From Eledone cirrhosa (Eukaryota): a stretch of DNA of 64,000 nt. Where the stretch lies: positions 119,846,001 to 119,910,000 of the forward strand of contig OZ024740.1 of NCBI GenBank assembly GCA_964016885.1, in the 5' to 3' direction. This document shows, piece by piece, positions 27,066 to 40,239 of this stretch (position 1 is its first letter; each line of letters opens with the position of its first letter). The position numbers and the translations under genes were made by a program. The notes beneath the pieces are model-generated. The model was given only the letters and a program-made list of their open reading frames with translations. It made no database searches and had not been told where the DNA came from.

Positions 27066-27917
27066 TGTATGTTGTAAGGCAAGGATTTGTGATTAACGAG
27101 TTCACATTGCATTCTTACGATTCTGGATTCATTCCCAGTACATGATACCAAGAGCAAGTGTCCTCTACTATATAGCTTTGGCTTAACTGATAAATTTTGA
27201 GTGCTGCCAGAGGGCAGAGAGTATTATATATTTTCTAAATTCATCTACCACTAATGGCCTAAAAGCACTGCTCCTCTTCTTCTAATCTGATCACCCACTG
27301 TATCCTGTACTCTCCCTCATCCACACACACACTGATATGGATACAACATTTCTGCATCACATGAAAATACTCACACTCACTTAGATACATAACATACTAA
27401 AAGAAAACTTGAACACACTTATTGATAAACAAACATGTATAAACACACACATGGACACACACAAACAACAGCACATATACACAAGCATTTCTCACTTAGC
27501 GTTGTATAGTGTGGTTGATATGACAATTTACCTTTTTTCTTTTTCTTTATTTAAACTTCAGCTATTCCACCTTGAAGTAGAGTTTTATTTTGTTTTTAAT
27601 TAATTGTTTCTACTTTTGGCACAAAGCCAGCAATTACCCAGTGCACATGTTTGTCATTAATAATTTCTTTTATATTTGATAGATACACAGACAAAACCAG
27701 CCATATGTACAATGTTAATACAGCCAGACACATCAAGAACAATTTATAGATCATTCCACCAGTATATAAGCTGATACACACAAATCAAAAATAACTCATG
27801 TACACTCACATGTCCCCTTAGTTTTTACTTTTAATTTTCTTATCTCACTATTATTGTACTTTTCTCATGAAAGACTAATGTCCAATATGTAGAACTTTTT
27901 CCTCCAAAGACTAATAG

Positions 27918-28107
27918 TGGATTGGATTGGCAATATCGGTAGAGGGTCGGACACCATGCTTTGCAGCAAAGAGTTACGGCCCTTTATGGTCTGAGTTCAA
28001 ATCCCACCAAGGTTAACTTTGCCTTTCATCCTTATGTGGTCAATAAAATAAAGTACCAGTAATGCACTGGGATAATTGCTGGCCTTGTGCCTAAAGTAGA
28101 AACAATT
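27918..28107 (+). mobile_element. tRNA-derived SINE family A
   Basis: A-box TGGCAATATCGG, B-box GAGTTCAAATCC, central GCCTTTCATCCTT..GTCAATAAAATAAAGTACCAG and (ATT)n tail. Confidence 0.85.
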
Positions 28108-28133
28108 ATTATTATTATATACATATAATCCAA

Positions 28134-28322
28134 GGGCGGTGGATTGGCAATATTGGTAGAGCGTCAGACACTTTGCTTTGCAGCATTGAGTTATGCCCCT
28201 TTACATTCTGAGTTCAAATCCTGCTGAGGTTAACTTTGCTTTCATCCTTACGGGGTCGATAAAATAAAGTACCAGTAATGTACTGGGTAATTACTGGCCT
28301 TGTGCCAAAAGTAGAAACAATT
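28134..28322 (+). mobile_element. SINE family A, tandem second copy
   Basis: Colinear with 27918-28107. Confidence 0.88.
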
Positions 28323-28404
28323 ATATGCCTATATATATGTATATTCTAGATACTATGGCCTTGTAGCATCCTCCTCCCTTGCTAATCTGATCATCTAGGT
28401 ATCG

Positions 28405-29025
28405 GAAGTTGATAGCTTCTGATACCTAGGGGATCAGATTAGCAAGGGAGGAGGATGCTCTGAGGCCATAATATCTAAAAAAAGAACAGGATGGAAGAAT
28501 TTTAGGGAGCTGCTTCCTCTGTTGACAACGATGGGTTTCTCCCTAAGAATGAAAGGTCAGTTATATAATGTCTGTGTGAGATGTGTGATGCTCCATGGTA
28601 GTGAGACTTGGGCAGCAACTGGATATACAACAGCTGGAGAGAAATGAAGCAAGCATGCTCTGATGGATGGGCAATGTCAATGTGTGTGAATGACTAAGCA
28701 TGGACGAGTTGAGAGTGAAACGAGTTGGGAGCAACTGTAATGTCCGGTAGAGAAGACTGGGTTGGTATAGCCATGTGATGCACAAAGAAGATGACAGCTG
28801 GGTGAAGAAGTGCCAAGAAATCCCAGTGGAAGGAAGACGGAGTAGAGCAAGACCACGGAAAACATGGGCAGAGACGGTGAGAGCTGTCCTCAGATTGCTG
28901 AAGCTCACAGAAAAGACGATGAGGGACTGGGACGAATGAAGAGATGCTGTGCTGAAGAGGACACATCCCATGCTTGCAAGCAAAGAAAAGCAGATGTAAA
29001 ATGACGATGTGATAATGATGATGAT
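28405..29025 (+). pseudogene. 5'-truncated decayed RTE 3' fragment
   Basis: Translates EVDSF*YLGDQISKGGGCSE..RTGWKNFRELLPLL..MKGQLY..MLHGSETW and ends in the CCCATGCTTGCAAG..(GAT)n tail. Confidence 0.85.
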
Positions 29026-29167
29026 ATACATATATACTTGGGGAGGGTCATATTCTTATAATATTGCCAGAAATAACAGACAGTGAAACAAAGAATTATA
29101 TATATATAACCCATGATAGCATGGAAGAGGGACGTTAAATGAAGATGATGATATATATATGTATATA

Positions 29168-29290
<123 letters not shown>

Positions 29291-29471
29291 ATATATAATT
29301 CTTTGTCTCTCTCTCTGTTCCTATGCATTCTCTAATGGCTGATCCACATCAAATCAAATTTTACAAGGTTAATAGTATTAGAGCCCGGGAGTGTCAACAT
29401 GTAACTTTTATTTCCATTTGGATTAAAACAATATAAGATTTTATCTAAAATAATATTTTTATAGTCAACTA

Positions 29472-30215
29472 CTAGCAGAATGGCCCGGCGTTGCTCGGGA
29501 TTCTAAACATAGATTGGCATGTTTATCCCTCCTTTATGAAACAGTACAGAGAAATATGGAATACTTCGGCCTCGGGATGGTGTCTACTTTTTGTGCTTAT
29601 GAAACAAAATTGTCGTAGATTATCAGGGATTTAATTCAATTGGGTGCCTGAGAGTAAAATATTCAACCCACGAAAGCCAAACATCAGCACTCCGACGACG
29701 TTGTCGCTGGTCTTCTGTCTCGGCAGCTCGTGCGTGCAGCAGAAGGTGATGTAGCATCAGCACTCCAACAAATGGTTCGTTGGTTGTATGTTTCAAGTGC
29801 TCTTCTGGTGGCAGTACGTTCAGCATCTTGGGGCCATCGAATAGCAGATTCCACTGACGATTCGTTTGCCCGCCGTGTTCTTTTTCTTGCCACTTTCGCA
29901 GTATTTTGGCCAATGGAGTATCTCTTCCTTCGAGGCATGACCTAAAAGCAGGATGAAGTACACTAAGACTAACTGGTAGAGTAAGGAGTAAACTCGTCAG
30001 TGATGCATGTGATTTCCGAACCGTTAACTATGTAATCGCTGGCCCTGTTTGTTTATATTTTGTGTTTTGTGTATGCAAAAATATCTGTACAAGAATATAT
30101 ATATTAAAATAACAGATTAAAGTTTAAGCAAAGAATCGCTGCTTTCACCCTTAACGGGATCTTCTGAAACTAAAAAAATCAATCTGTGAACGCAGAAGTA
30201 AATATTTTGAAAAAC

Positions 30216-30277
<62 letters not shown>

Positions 30278-30332
30278 TTGGTTCTTGGGTTTTAGGGAGG
30301 CAGACAGACATTCTCTGTTTTAGATATATAGA
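29472..30332 (-). mobile_element. Non-autonomous Helitron retaining a RepHel N-terminal fragment
   Basis: On minus: A|TCTATATATCTAAAA..GTCTGTCTG start, CCCGAGCAACGCCGGG hairpin and GCTAG|T end, inserted at an AT site. Confidence 0.85.
29684..29938 (-). pseudogene. Frameshifted Helitron RepHel N-terminus with STPR-like repeats
   Basis: MPRRKRYSIGQNTAKVARKRTRRANES..RRALETYNQR, continuing in another frame as ARAAETEDQRQRRR. E(S/T) motifs are about 23 aa apart. Confidence 0.6.
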
Positions 30333-30339
30333 TAATAAA

Positions 30340-31318
30340 TCTCCACCTCGATGACGACGATGACGTCACATTTTGTATATGAGTGTGTATATATGTCTGT
30401 GAGTGTGTGTGTGTTTGTGCATTCGTTATGTACATTAGGTCTCAGAGAATTAAACACCCACACACATTTACACATACATACACGTGTGTGAGTGTATGTG
30501 AGAGTGTAGACGTCACATTTTGTATGTGTATGTCATAGTATATGTATTTGAATGTATGTTAGAGTGTATATATGTGTGTGTATGTGAGAGTGTATGTGTG
30601 TGTAAGGGTGTGTTGACTGACAAAACGATATTTTCTTTAGTCAACTATAATAAACCACCACCACCATGACGATGACGTCACATTTTGTGTATGAGTGTGT
30701 TTGTATCTGTGAGGCTGTGTGTGCTTGCCAGTTCGTTACGTACGTAGGCCTCAGAGAATTATACACACACACACACACACATCTACACATGCATATAGCC
30801 TTAGTAAGTTGCATACACATTATCTTCACACACAGGCAATTAAACACACATCTACACATACAGATACATATGTGATGACAGACAGGTATGCGTGAATGTA
30901 TGTCTGTGTGTGTCTGTTTTAGTATATGTATGTGAGTGTGTGTGTGAGTGTATGTGTGAGTGTATGTGTGTGTGAGTGTATGTGTGATAATTTTTATTTT
31001 CATTTGGAGTAAAACAATAGAAAACCACACAACGTCACATTTTGTATATGAATATGTATGTGTCTATGAGTGTGTGTGTTTATGCATTCATTAGGTATGT
31101 TATTAAATACATACACACATCTACACAATGAATATTGTTTACCCTAAGGTGCTTCAAGATTGACATTTTCATTTCTAAATTCTATTACCGTTACAATTTT
31201 GATATTTAAAAAAATAAAATATAGATATTTTGAAATAATTATGAGAAAAAAAACCATCTTATATTTATTGTTTACTAATCTGAATAAGAACAAAAGTAAT
31301 GCCAGGTAATTCAGCTAG
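30340..31318 (+). mobile_element. Possible degenerate Helitron-like element with internal tandem units
   Basis: Four copies of ACGTCACATTTTGT (30363, 30510, 30674, 31032) and a 3' end GTAATGCCAGGTAATTCAGCTAG|T. Confidence 0.4.
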
Positions 31319-31353
<35 letters not shown>

Positions 31354-31899
31354 TATTGCAAGTAATCAGTGTTGGTTGATCAAGCAATCGACCGAATATT
31401 GTGTAATCAAATGTAAGCACTCCACGATGTAGATACCTTAAGGTATTACCTATATGGCATCAAACAGAGTGTCAATATTGTAAAAAAGATAAGAGAAGGT
31501 ATCACATATACATTTTTAGTTTATAACATCACCTTGTTTTGCTAAATTTCAAAGACATCAAAGTTTTTGTGTAACAATTATTTGATAAGTTTTCATCAGA
31601 CAGGTTTTAAGTTGTAATATTTTGTTTTTGATTTTGATGCGCTTACCATAGTATGGAACTTGATTTTGACAGTGCAGCTATAAGTTAGGATATGCAGCTT
31701 AAGATGTATATGTGATAACGTCTCTCTTCTTTTTTTATTATATATATATATTTTTAAAAAAACTATATATCTATATAATATATATATATATAGGGATTAT
31801 AACGTCCAGTTACTGTAGGTTCACTAGAGTGAGCACTTGATGCGTAGTTTCCAGTAGGTATAGAGGTGTAGTACTAAGCAGAGTGAGTGTAATAATATT

Positions 31900-32090
31900 A
31901 ATAAAAAGGACAATTTGTTATGTCTTCATTACATTTATTGAGTAGTGACATGAGTTTCACCATTGATCAGCTCAAGGTTTAATCTATATCGATCTAGTCC
32001 GACTCTGGACTCAAAAGCTTGTCGGACTTTACAGAAGTCTGACGAGCTTTTAATAAACGTAATGAAGACATAACAAATTGTCCTTTTATT
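31900..32090. repeat. Nested inverted repeats with hammerhead-like motifs (Penelope-like end)
   Basis: 40-bp IR at 31900-31939/32052-32090 and an inner hairpin at 32013-32051 containing CTGACGA. Minus strand has GAAACTCATGTC. Confidence 0.6.
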
Positions 32091-32099
32091 ACGTGCACA

Positions 32100-32415
32100 G
32101 ATTTAAACTTACAGTCTGTAGACACCTCTTACTTCAATATCCATCCCACCACCCAACACACCTTACACCTATCTCCCACTTCCACCCACACCACCCTTAC
32201 TATGTAAAGTTATGTTGGTACCACAAAACATCCAGCCCACACTGTAAAGTGGTCGTGTAGGTGTCATGACAAAAAGCACCCAGCCCACTTTGTAAAGTGA
32301 TTGTGTAGAAGACACTGCAAAAAGCACCCAGCACACACAACTTAGCTCAAATGGGACAAACCCATCTAACCCATGGTAGTGCGGAAGATAAACATTAAAC
32401 AATGATGATGATGTT
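32100..32415 (+). mobile_element. Diverged RTE 3' UTR/tail copy
   Basis: CACACTGTAAAGTGG..AAAAAGCACCCAG units and tail AACCCATGGTAG..ACATTAAACAATGATGATG. Confidence 0.7.
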
Positions 32416-32430
32416 AATGATATATATATA

Positions 32431-32471
<41 letters not shown>

Positions 32472-32539
32472 CAAAATTAATTTAGAAATGGCTTCTACAG
32501 GACAAGAACTATTACATTCGAAGGAACTCATCAGGAAAA

Positions 32540-35080
32540 GCTTTTATGTATACATCCATGCCCATTCCTATGCAGTCTTCTCTCTTTCACACCACTTTGG
32601 ATTCTTCTTAAACCCAGTTCCTACCTCATTCATCCAAGCTCTGCCTTTCTCATATTTACATATCTGCATATTCTAAAAATTCATTGTTGCTTAATTTCTC
32701 TTCTGTTTACACATATCCTCTACAATAACTGTCCATGATTCATTAACATGCAGCATCACACTTCACACAGAGGTGTCATACATTCGTTTGTTTTTTTTTG
32801 TAAGCAGAAAAAAAAATCTTTTGTTGTCAGCAATGGGAGTAGCTTTCTAAATTATTTCCATCCTATCCTTATTCTAGCTATCATGCTCCTACCACACCCC
32901 TACGCAGCTATTTAAGTCATCTAGATAACAGAAGCTATCAACCACTTCTATCAACCCTTCTTCTCTTTGGAAAAAGTTTATATAAGTTATCCCTGTGCAT
33001 CTTCTACATACGTCTTCCCTTCCTGTTAGTCTTCTTGATATCCTGCTACATCTCTTGGGTTCATTGTATTGAATTTATGCCTCCTCATTTTCTGCATATT
33101 GAGTGAGGCCACTTCCCTAAGGGAATTAAAGTCCTATTGTTTTTCCTGCTTATTAGCACCTTAATTTTGGTTAACTTTCCTCTTAAACCTTTTGATTCCA
33201 AAGAACTTATTCTCTAGTTCGTTTATGGATTCAGCTATAAGAACATGATCATCCTCATAGAGAAATTCCCATGGATAGCCTATCATAAACGTCTCTGTTA
33301 TGGCCTGGAGAACTATGATAAATAACAGTGGGCTAAGAACCAAAACCTGATAAACTCCTACCTGTACTTTGAATTTTTCACTAAACTCACTTCCTACGCT
33401 CACTTTACCGACAGCTCCTCTCTACATGGATTGCTCTCAAAAGATATTCTTCTATACATAATTTCCTTAAAGACCACCAGATAATTAATAGATTGAGAAC
33501 TCTGTCAAAAGCCTTTTCTAGATTAAAAAAAAAAAGTTAAATATAGTAGCTTATTTTTGGCTAAGAACTTCTCTTGTAGTTGCCTCACTAAAGAGAGGTC
33601 ATCTGTATTACTTTTCTCAGGTATGAAACCAAGCTGCATCTCATCTAATTTGACTCATTCCCTAATTAGCTGCGCTATAACTCTTTCCATCGCCTTCATA
33701 ACTTGGTCCATTAGTTACTTCTTCTATAGTTGCTCCTTTCTAGAACATCATCATTACCTTTGTAGCAATTTATGATTGTACTGATGTGCTAGTCATTGGG
33801 TGGGTGTGACTCATTACTATATTGCCTGACTGACTATGCAGGATACTAGTTTGGCTTGTACTTCTGCCAATGCTTTTGTCTCATCAGCTACTATCTCTGA
33901 CTTTCCTCCAGCCTTATCAATCTTCATCTCTTTGATTACTTCTTTGAACCTATAACTGTCAACTTCAATAGCTGGTCCTTCCGTTGGATAAGTTGGGGTA
34001 GTCTCTCCTCCTCCCATTCATTCTCTACATTCAACAGTCTCTCATAGTAACATTTCCAGGACTCTTTTCTTGGAGCATCAGTGATGCTAAGTGCCTACTA
34101 TCATTTCTAACATGCTTTTTCCCCAACAACATCCTGATTCACACAGACACACTGCCTTCCAATACAAAACATTTCACATCTCTGATCCTCATGTTTCTAG
34201 TCATTGGCACTTTTTTTTTTCAGCCTCCCTCTGAGCTATGTATCCCTGTCATCTAGCTTCTCTCTTAGCTACTGGGAACCGATCCCTGCTACCCTTTTTT
34301 TTTATATTTCCATAGCTGTCTCTTGGCTTTAATGGCTCAATCCACTCTGCTGTTCCACCACCAGATCACCCTGTCTGGCTGGTGCTTTATCCAGCCACAA
34401 GTTTCATTGGTAGTTCACAAAAGGTTGTGATGAAAGAATTTCCAATTGTCCTCTATATTATATGTATCTAACTCATCACACCTCTCATAAAATGCATCCC
34501 ATAGGGTCTTTCTAAACTAATATTTAACTGAAAGATCCTTTATTTTCCAAACCTTTCTATTCCATATTTTCCTGTGTATCTTGTTCTGTCTTGTGTTTAT
34601 TCTGATGTCACTAATAACTAACTTGTGTTGTGTGGCACATTCTTCCACAGGGAAAGTCTTAGCATTTATTACAATCTGTTTATCCCATTGTCTTCCAAGT
34701 AAAAAAATCAATCTGACTTGTGTGTTCACCTGATTGGTACATTATCCTGAAATTTCTGTAACAAATGATTGGTTCATTTGTATCACAGAATTCCAGGAGT
34801 TTCATTCCCTCTTCATTTCTTGAACCATGGCCATAGATGCTGTGAACTCCAGTGAATCCATCCTGGTACTGTCCAACATGTCCATTGAAGCTGCTTGCCA
34901 ATATGATGAGGTCTCTTTCATCAGTAACTGAGGTTGTCAGTAAAAGTTACATATAGAACCTGTCCTTTTGTTCTTTACTCAGTCCTGCTTGTGGTGTACA
35001 GGTAGATGTAATTGTCACCATTTTATTTTCAACAGCTATTCTCAGCTTGATAATTCTGTCACTTACTTTAGCTGCCACTT
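32540..35080 (-). pseudogene. Decayed RTE LINE covering APE endonuclease and RT
   Basis: ORF fragments FNGHVG..GHGSRNEEGMKLLEFC, TQHKLVISD, EGPAIEV, VGVYQVLVLSPLLFIIVLQAITE..PWEFLYEDD are colinear with the 60.4-62.5 kb ORF. Many stops and frameshifts. Confidence 0.85.
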
Positions 35081-35512
35081 TCACCTTATATATCTATATT
35101 GTTAGAATTTTTTATATTTCTGTTATTATTGTTTTGCTGGTATTTCCCTATCTCCATCAACACCTACATCTTCACTTTCTTATAAATAGGGGTATATGTG
35201 TGTGTTTGAGCATAAATAGGTAGTCATGCAAGTGTGACACCAGAGTGAATTCCCCATACCTCCAAACACTCCTCTCTTCCATTTGCTCTCAAATCACAGC
35301 CAGTCACAGACCAATGCTTCCTTCTCTCTACACTGGCTATTGTCCCCAAGATGTCCTACCCTTCCAACAGACTTGGTGCTGCTTTAAATTTGCTTACTGC
35401 TTCTGAATTTGTCTTCTATTTTAGTGTCTATTGTTTTCCCCACTGCTGTTTTTGCAGTCAATATGATCTTTAGGATTAATATCATTATCTGCAAATTTTT
35501 CTCTATTATTAC

Positions 35513-35693
35513 TTGGCAGTATCAGTAGAGGGTCAGACGCTATGCTTTGCAGCATAGTTACGTCCCTTTACGGACTGAGTTCAAATCCTGCCGAGGTTAA
35601 CTTTGCCTTTCATCCTTACGGGGTCGATAAAATAAAGTACCAGTAATGCACTGGGGTAATTGCTGGTCTTGTGCCAAAAGCAGAAACAATTAT
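35513..35693 (+). mobile_element. SINE family A
   Basis: Same head, core and tail. Confidence 0.88.
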
Positions 35694-36079
35694 TACTGCC
35701 ATCCTAATTATTGTACCATGATACGTTTTATCGTATATAGATACTATATCCATTAATAAATCTCTGATCACTTTCCCATTAGTGTGTTTATGTATGTATC
35801 CAAGTAGGTGTGTGTGTTTGTGTGCATAAGTGTGGGATGTCAGAGTGAGTTTTGTCTACCTATTACTACTCTTCCCTCCCCCTCTTCACTATACTGACAA
35901 ACTATAGCCACTAAATTACCTATCCTTCCCTTTCTGTTGACCAGCCATTGCCTTCTTACCTGATTATGAGACCTAATTCTACACATTCACTTCTTTTATT
36001 TATACACATATACTCTCTCTCTCTCTCTCTCTCCCTCTCACACACTGAAATGAACCTTTGGTCGTTTTCCCACTCCCTC

Positions 36080-36400
36080 AATAATTGTTTCTACTTTTGA
36101 CACAAGGCCAGCAATTACCTAGTGCATTACTAGTACTTAATTTTATTGACCCCGTAAGGATGAAAGGCAAAGTTAACCTCAGTGGGATTTGAACTCAGAC
36201 AATAATAATAATAATTGTTTCTACTTTTGGCACAAGGCCAGCAATACCCAGTGCATTACTGGTACTTAATTTTATTGACCCATAAGGATGAAAGGCAAAG
36301 TTAACCTTGGCGGGATTTGAACTCAGATTATAAAGGGCAGTAACTCTATGCTACAAAGCAAGGTGTCCGACTCTCTACCAATACTGCCAATCCACCGCCC
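36080..36400 (-). mobile_element. SINE family A: one full copy (36210-36400) and one 5'-truncated copy (36080-36200)
   Basis: Reverse complement of the family A sequence, present twice. Confidence 0.88.
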
Positions 36401-37914
36401 TCAATAATATAATCAAGTCAGTATCATTAAGATACCAGCCCAAGTAAATTAGAGTGGACATTAATACACACACACACACATATATATGCGCCCATGTGTA
36501 TCTATGTGTATATGTATGTATGTGTGCATTTCCCTGCTTACATTTGTATCTGTTTATGTTCAGTAATGGTAGTGTTTTTATTGTCAAACCATATTCTAAA
36601 TGGGTTGCAAATTTCTACACACAATTTTTTAGGGGTATTGTTCTTATGGCCAAGGTTCTTCTAGAAGTTTCAAGTCTTTGTTAGTTTCAGCTGAAGCCAT
36701 TGTGCACCTTCAACTCCTATTGCAATAAAAACCACCACCACCACCCTGACAACCATAAGTATGTTATAAGATATTAGTAAAAGTTGAATGAGATTAAATT
36801 AGGTAGATGAAGTCATACAAATGATAATTAGAGGATGTATTATATAATTTGGACTTTAAGGATGAAATGATGCAATATATGAAGAAGCATGCTATTGTGA
36901 AAACTGTCCTAAACTAGATGGTATATCAATGTTGATGTTAATGACTATATTCCAATCAGGATTAATGCTTTAATTAGATTACAAAATTGCAACACATATT
37001 TTCAAGTCTTGGTTGAATTTAAATTGCCAACTTGCTCATTGATTTACTGTTAATGACAAACGTAAATGCAATACATGGTTCCTATAGCAGTGAGAATAAA
37101 TTACAACACTTCAATGAGTCTAAGTATCAGAAATATCAACTTATCTCATTATTCAACTGAAAATATATATATATAAATTAAATAAATAAAAAGTATCATT
37201 AATAAAATATTAAATACTTGAACTACGATTAAAAAAATATATATTTTGCCCTAATTATGATATAAATTATGTTAGCAAAAATTAAAATGCATATAGGACA
37301 CTTTGTAAAAGGGAAGTGCTGGTGCCATGATAAAATGTATCCTTAGAAGTCGATGTTGTCAAGCTGTCATCAATATAAACATTTACTTGTATTTCAATTC
37401 ATACCAACATGACTTCAACATTGTATTTGCCACACAAGTATAACATTCCACTACTGGCACCATGTAATGGCAATAATAAGCAAGTACAATGCATGACGCT
37501 ATACGACACAAATAAAAATCAAGTAAACATTAGGTGACATTGCAGTTATGCTGTAAGTATTTCTCATCTAAAATGAATGATTATTGATGGAAGCAATGCT
37601 CATACCACAGCACAATACTAAATTACACACAGATCACATGCATATGTCCTGAATGGTAATGAACACCCAAATTATAATGTATGAATCAATAGATGAAAAA
37701 TTAAAATCTCAACAATATCTACACACTAAAATGACGCAACACCACAAAACAACACCTCTCTATCCTGAGAATGACACAATGAATCTTAGACATGTTGATA
37801 ATGCATTTGTGAATTTTAATGTTGCACAGTTAGAGGCATTTTGAATCACCAAGCAATAGGCTTTCCTGCATATGCATATATGTATATATATCCATATGCA
37901 TATATATATATACA

Positions 37915-38190
37915 TCATCACCGTTTTACGTCCGTTCTTCCACGCTAGCATGGGTTAGACGGGTTGTCCTGTTGTGGGCAGTGTCTGGTCGGCTGACCAT
38001 GCCTTGCTCATACAGGAACTGATTTTGGCTTGATTTCTACAGCTGGATGCCCTTCCTAACACCAACCTCATTTACAGTGAGTGCTGGGTGCTTTTTCGTG
38101 GCGCCTACATGCCCACTTTACAGTGTGGGCTGGGTGCTTTTTTGCCGTGGCACCTCCACGACCACTTTACGGTGGAGGGTGTGGGGGCAT
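37915..38190 (-). mobile_element. RTE/SINE-B tail copy, inverted relative to 38440-38655
   Basis: Reverse complement of the tail units. Its last ~90 bp also match 42283-42380 (+). Confidence 0.78.
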
Positions 38191-38275
38191 ATTGTCTATA
38201 CATATGCATATATATATATATGCATATGTATAGACAATATGCATATATATATATACAGAGAGAGAGAGAGAGAGA

Positions 38276-38655
38276 GGCACATGGCTTAGTGGTTAGAGTA
38301 TTGGCCTTGCAGTCGAAAGGTTGTGAGTTCAATTCTCAGGCCAGGGGATCTGTTGTTTCCTTGAGCAAGACACTTTATTTCACATTGCTCCAGTTTACTC
38401 AGCTGTAGAAATGAGATGATAGGACTGGGGTCCCTATCATTCCACTGCAAAGTGGTTGTGGAGGTGCCACGGCAAAAAAGCAGCCAGCCCACACTGTAAA
38501 GTGGATATGTAGGTACCACGGAAAAAAGCACCCAGCACTGTAAATGAGGTTGGTGTTAGGGAGGGCATCCAGCTGTAGAAATCAAGCCAGAATCAGTTCC
38601 CATCCCACCCTTGCAAGCAGGGAAAAGCGGACGCAAAATGATGATGATGATGATG
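38276..38655 (+). mobile_element. tRNA-derived SINE family B with RTE-derived 3' tail
   Basis: A-box TGGCTTAGTGG, B-box GAGTTCAATTC, TCCTTGAGCAAGACACT core, then LINE 3' UTR units and (GAT)n. Confidence 0.85.
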
Positions 38656-39120
38656 ATATATATATATATCATCATTTATATGTCTGCTTTTCCAAACTTG
38701 AATGGGTTGGATCTCTTCTTTTCTCTCCACTCATCGCATTCATTCCTCATCTCCTCTGTGAGTCTCTGCAATTTGAGATAAGCTCTCTCCACCTTCCTTG
38801 GTTTACCTCTGCTACTGAGTAATTCCATTGGGATTTTCTTTCACATCCTCACCCAGGGATCATCATCCATGTATATCACTGGTCCATACCAATGTAGTCT
38901 TCCCTCTTGCACACCACTTCAGATTCTTTTCAAACCCAGTTTCTTCCTCAGTTCATTCAAGCTCTTCTTTTCTCTTACAGTTACATTGCACATCCAACAA
39001 AACATGGTTGCTTCATTATTCTCCAATCTATGAATGTCCTTTGCCGTCGCACGTGTTTTTTTCTCCCCAATGTTTTACTCATCACTTATTACTTTCTATT
39101 TATCTTCTATATCTAACTCT

Positions 39121-39240
39121 ATCTTCTGATAAAGGACTAGTGCCTGAAACCTTAAGACTCTCTTCTGGGTATTTAAAGCATTAAACTAAAATATTTCTTC
39201 CATGTACTGTGCTGTTTGTTTTGTTATTTTTGTTATTTCT
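39121..39240 (+). mobile_element. Penelope-like pLTR remnant with degenerate hammerhead
   Basis: CTGATAA-AGG..CCT-GAAAC..TA. The downstream tail matches antisense copies at ~54360-54440 and ~59460-59540. Confidence 0.4.
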
Positions 39241-39287
39241 GTTTACTTTTACATGCATACATACATATATATACACATACATACATT

Positions 39288-39335
<48 letters not shown>

Positions 39336-39442
39336 GGTTATATCTAATTTGTTGGGATACAACAAGCCTAAAAATATTTTTATAACTGATATAAAGCACT
39401 CAACAAATTATTGGAGTAAATATACAATATATTTGTTAATAT

Positions 39443-39480
<38 letters not shown>

Positions 39481-40239
39481 TGCAGCTGAGCGCTTTGTGA
39501 TGTAATGGAGACATGAAGCCCTGACTCTAATATAAGAGGGAGGAACTACAATCCTTGAGTTTACCTCAAAACATGGACCCGATCATGCACGACTACATAT
39601 GTTCTCACAGAAGAATGAAAAATTTGACTGACTCACTAGATTGTCTGTTACATGATATTATATAATCTTCTATATCTTATACTGACTTTCTATCTTTATA
39701 GTTTAATGTTTATCTGGTATTTATAATGTTTTACATTTTATACTTGACATTACATTTCATTCGATTTTATTTGATTTTGATTTTCTATTATATCTATATA
39801 TTTTCTATTATATAGATTGCGTATACATTACTCTATATTTTACTGGTTATAATATACTTCATTTGTGATTTCAACATTTTCGATACCACGTTTCTATAGG
39901 GTCTAATGACTAATTTTCTTCAACTATGTATTACGGGTTATCAAACATTATTTGTTTTTTTGCTTCCTCTTTTATTTTGTTAGTACTTATCTATTAATTG
40001 AATATTAAATTATTCACCTCATAATTTATTCACCTCTCAAACTTTGTTATAGTTCAATTATATTATAATTACATCTACACCATATTATTTTATATTTTTC
40101 ATATTTTATCTTATAGTATATAATTGTATTATATTCCATTATATATTCCATATATAATCTATAATTAAGTGAGCCCTTCGATTCAATAATAACTACAGAT
40201 CCAATTTAATTTCAGTTTTAATTTAAGTACTTGCATATT

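Noticed and set aside
28134-28225. tRNA gene
   Set aside because: A/B boxes are present but there is no complete cloverleaf, and the sequence continues into a SINE body.
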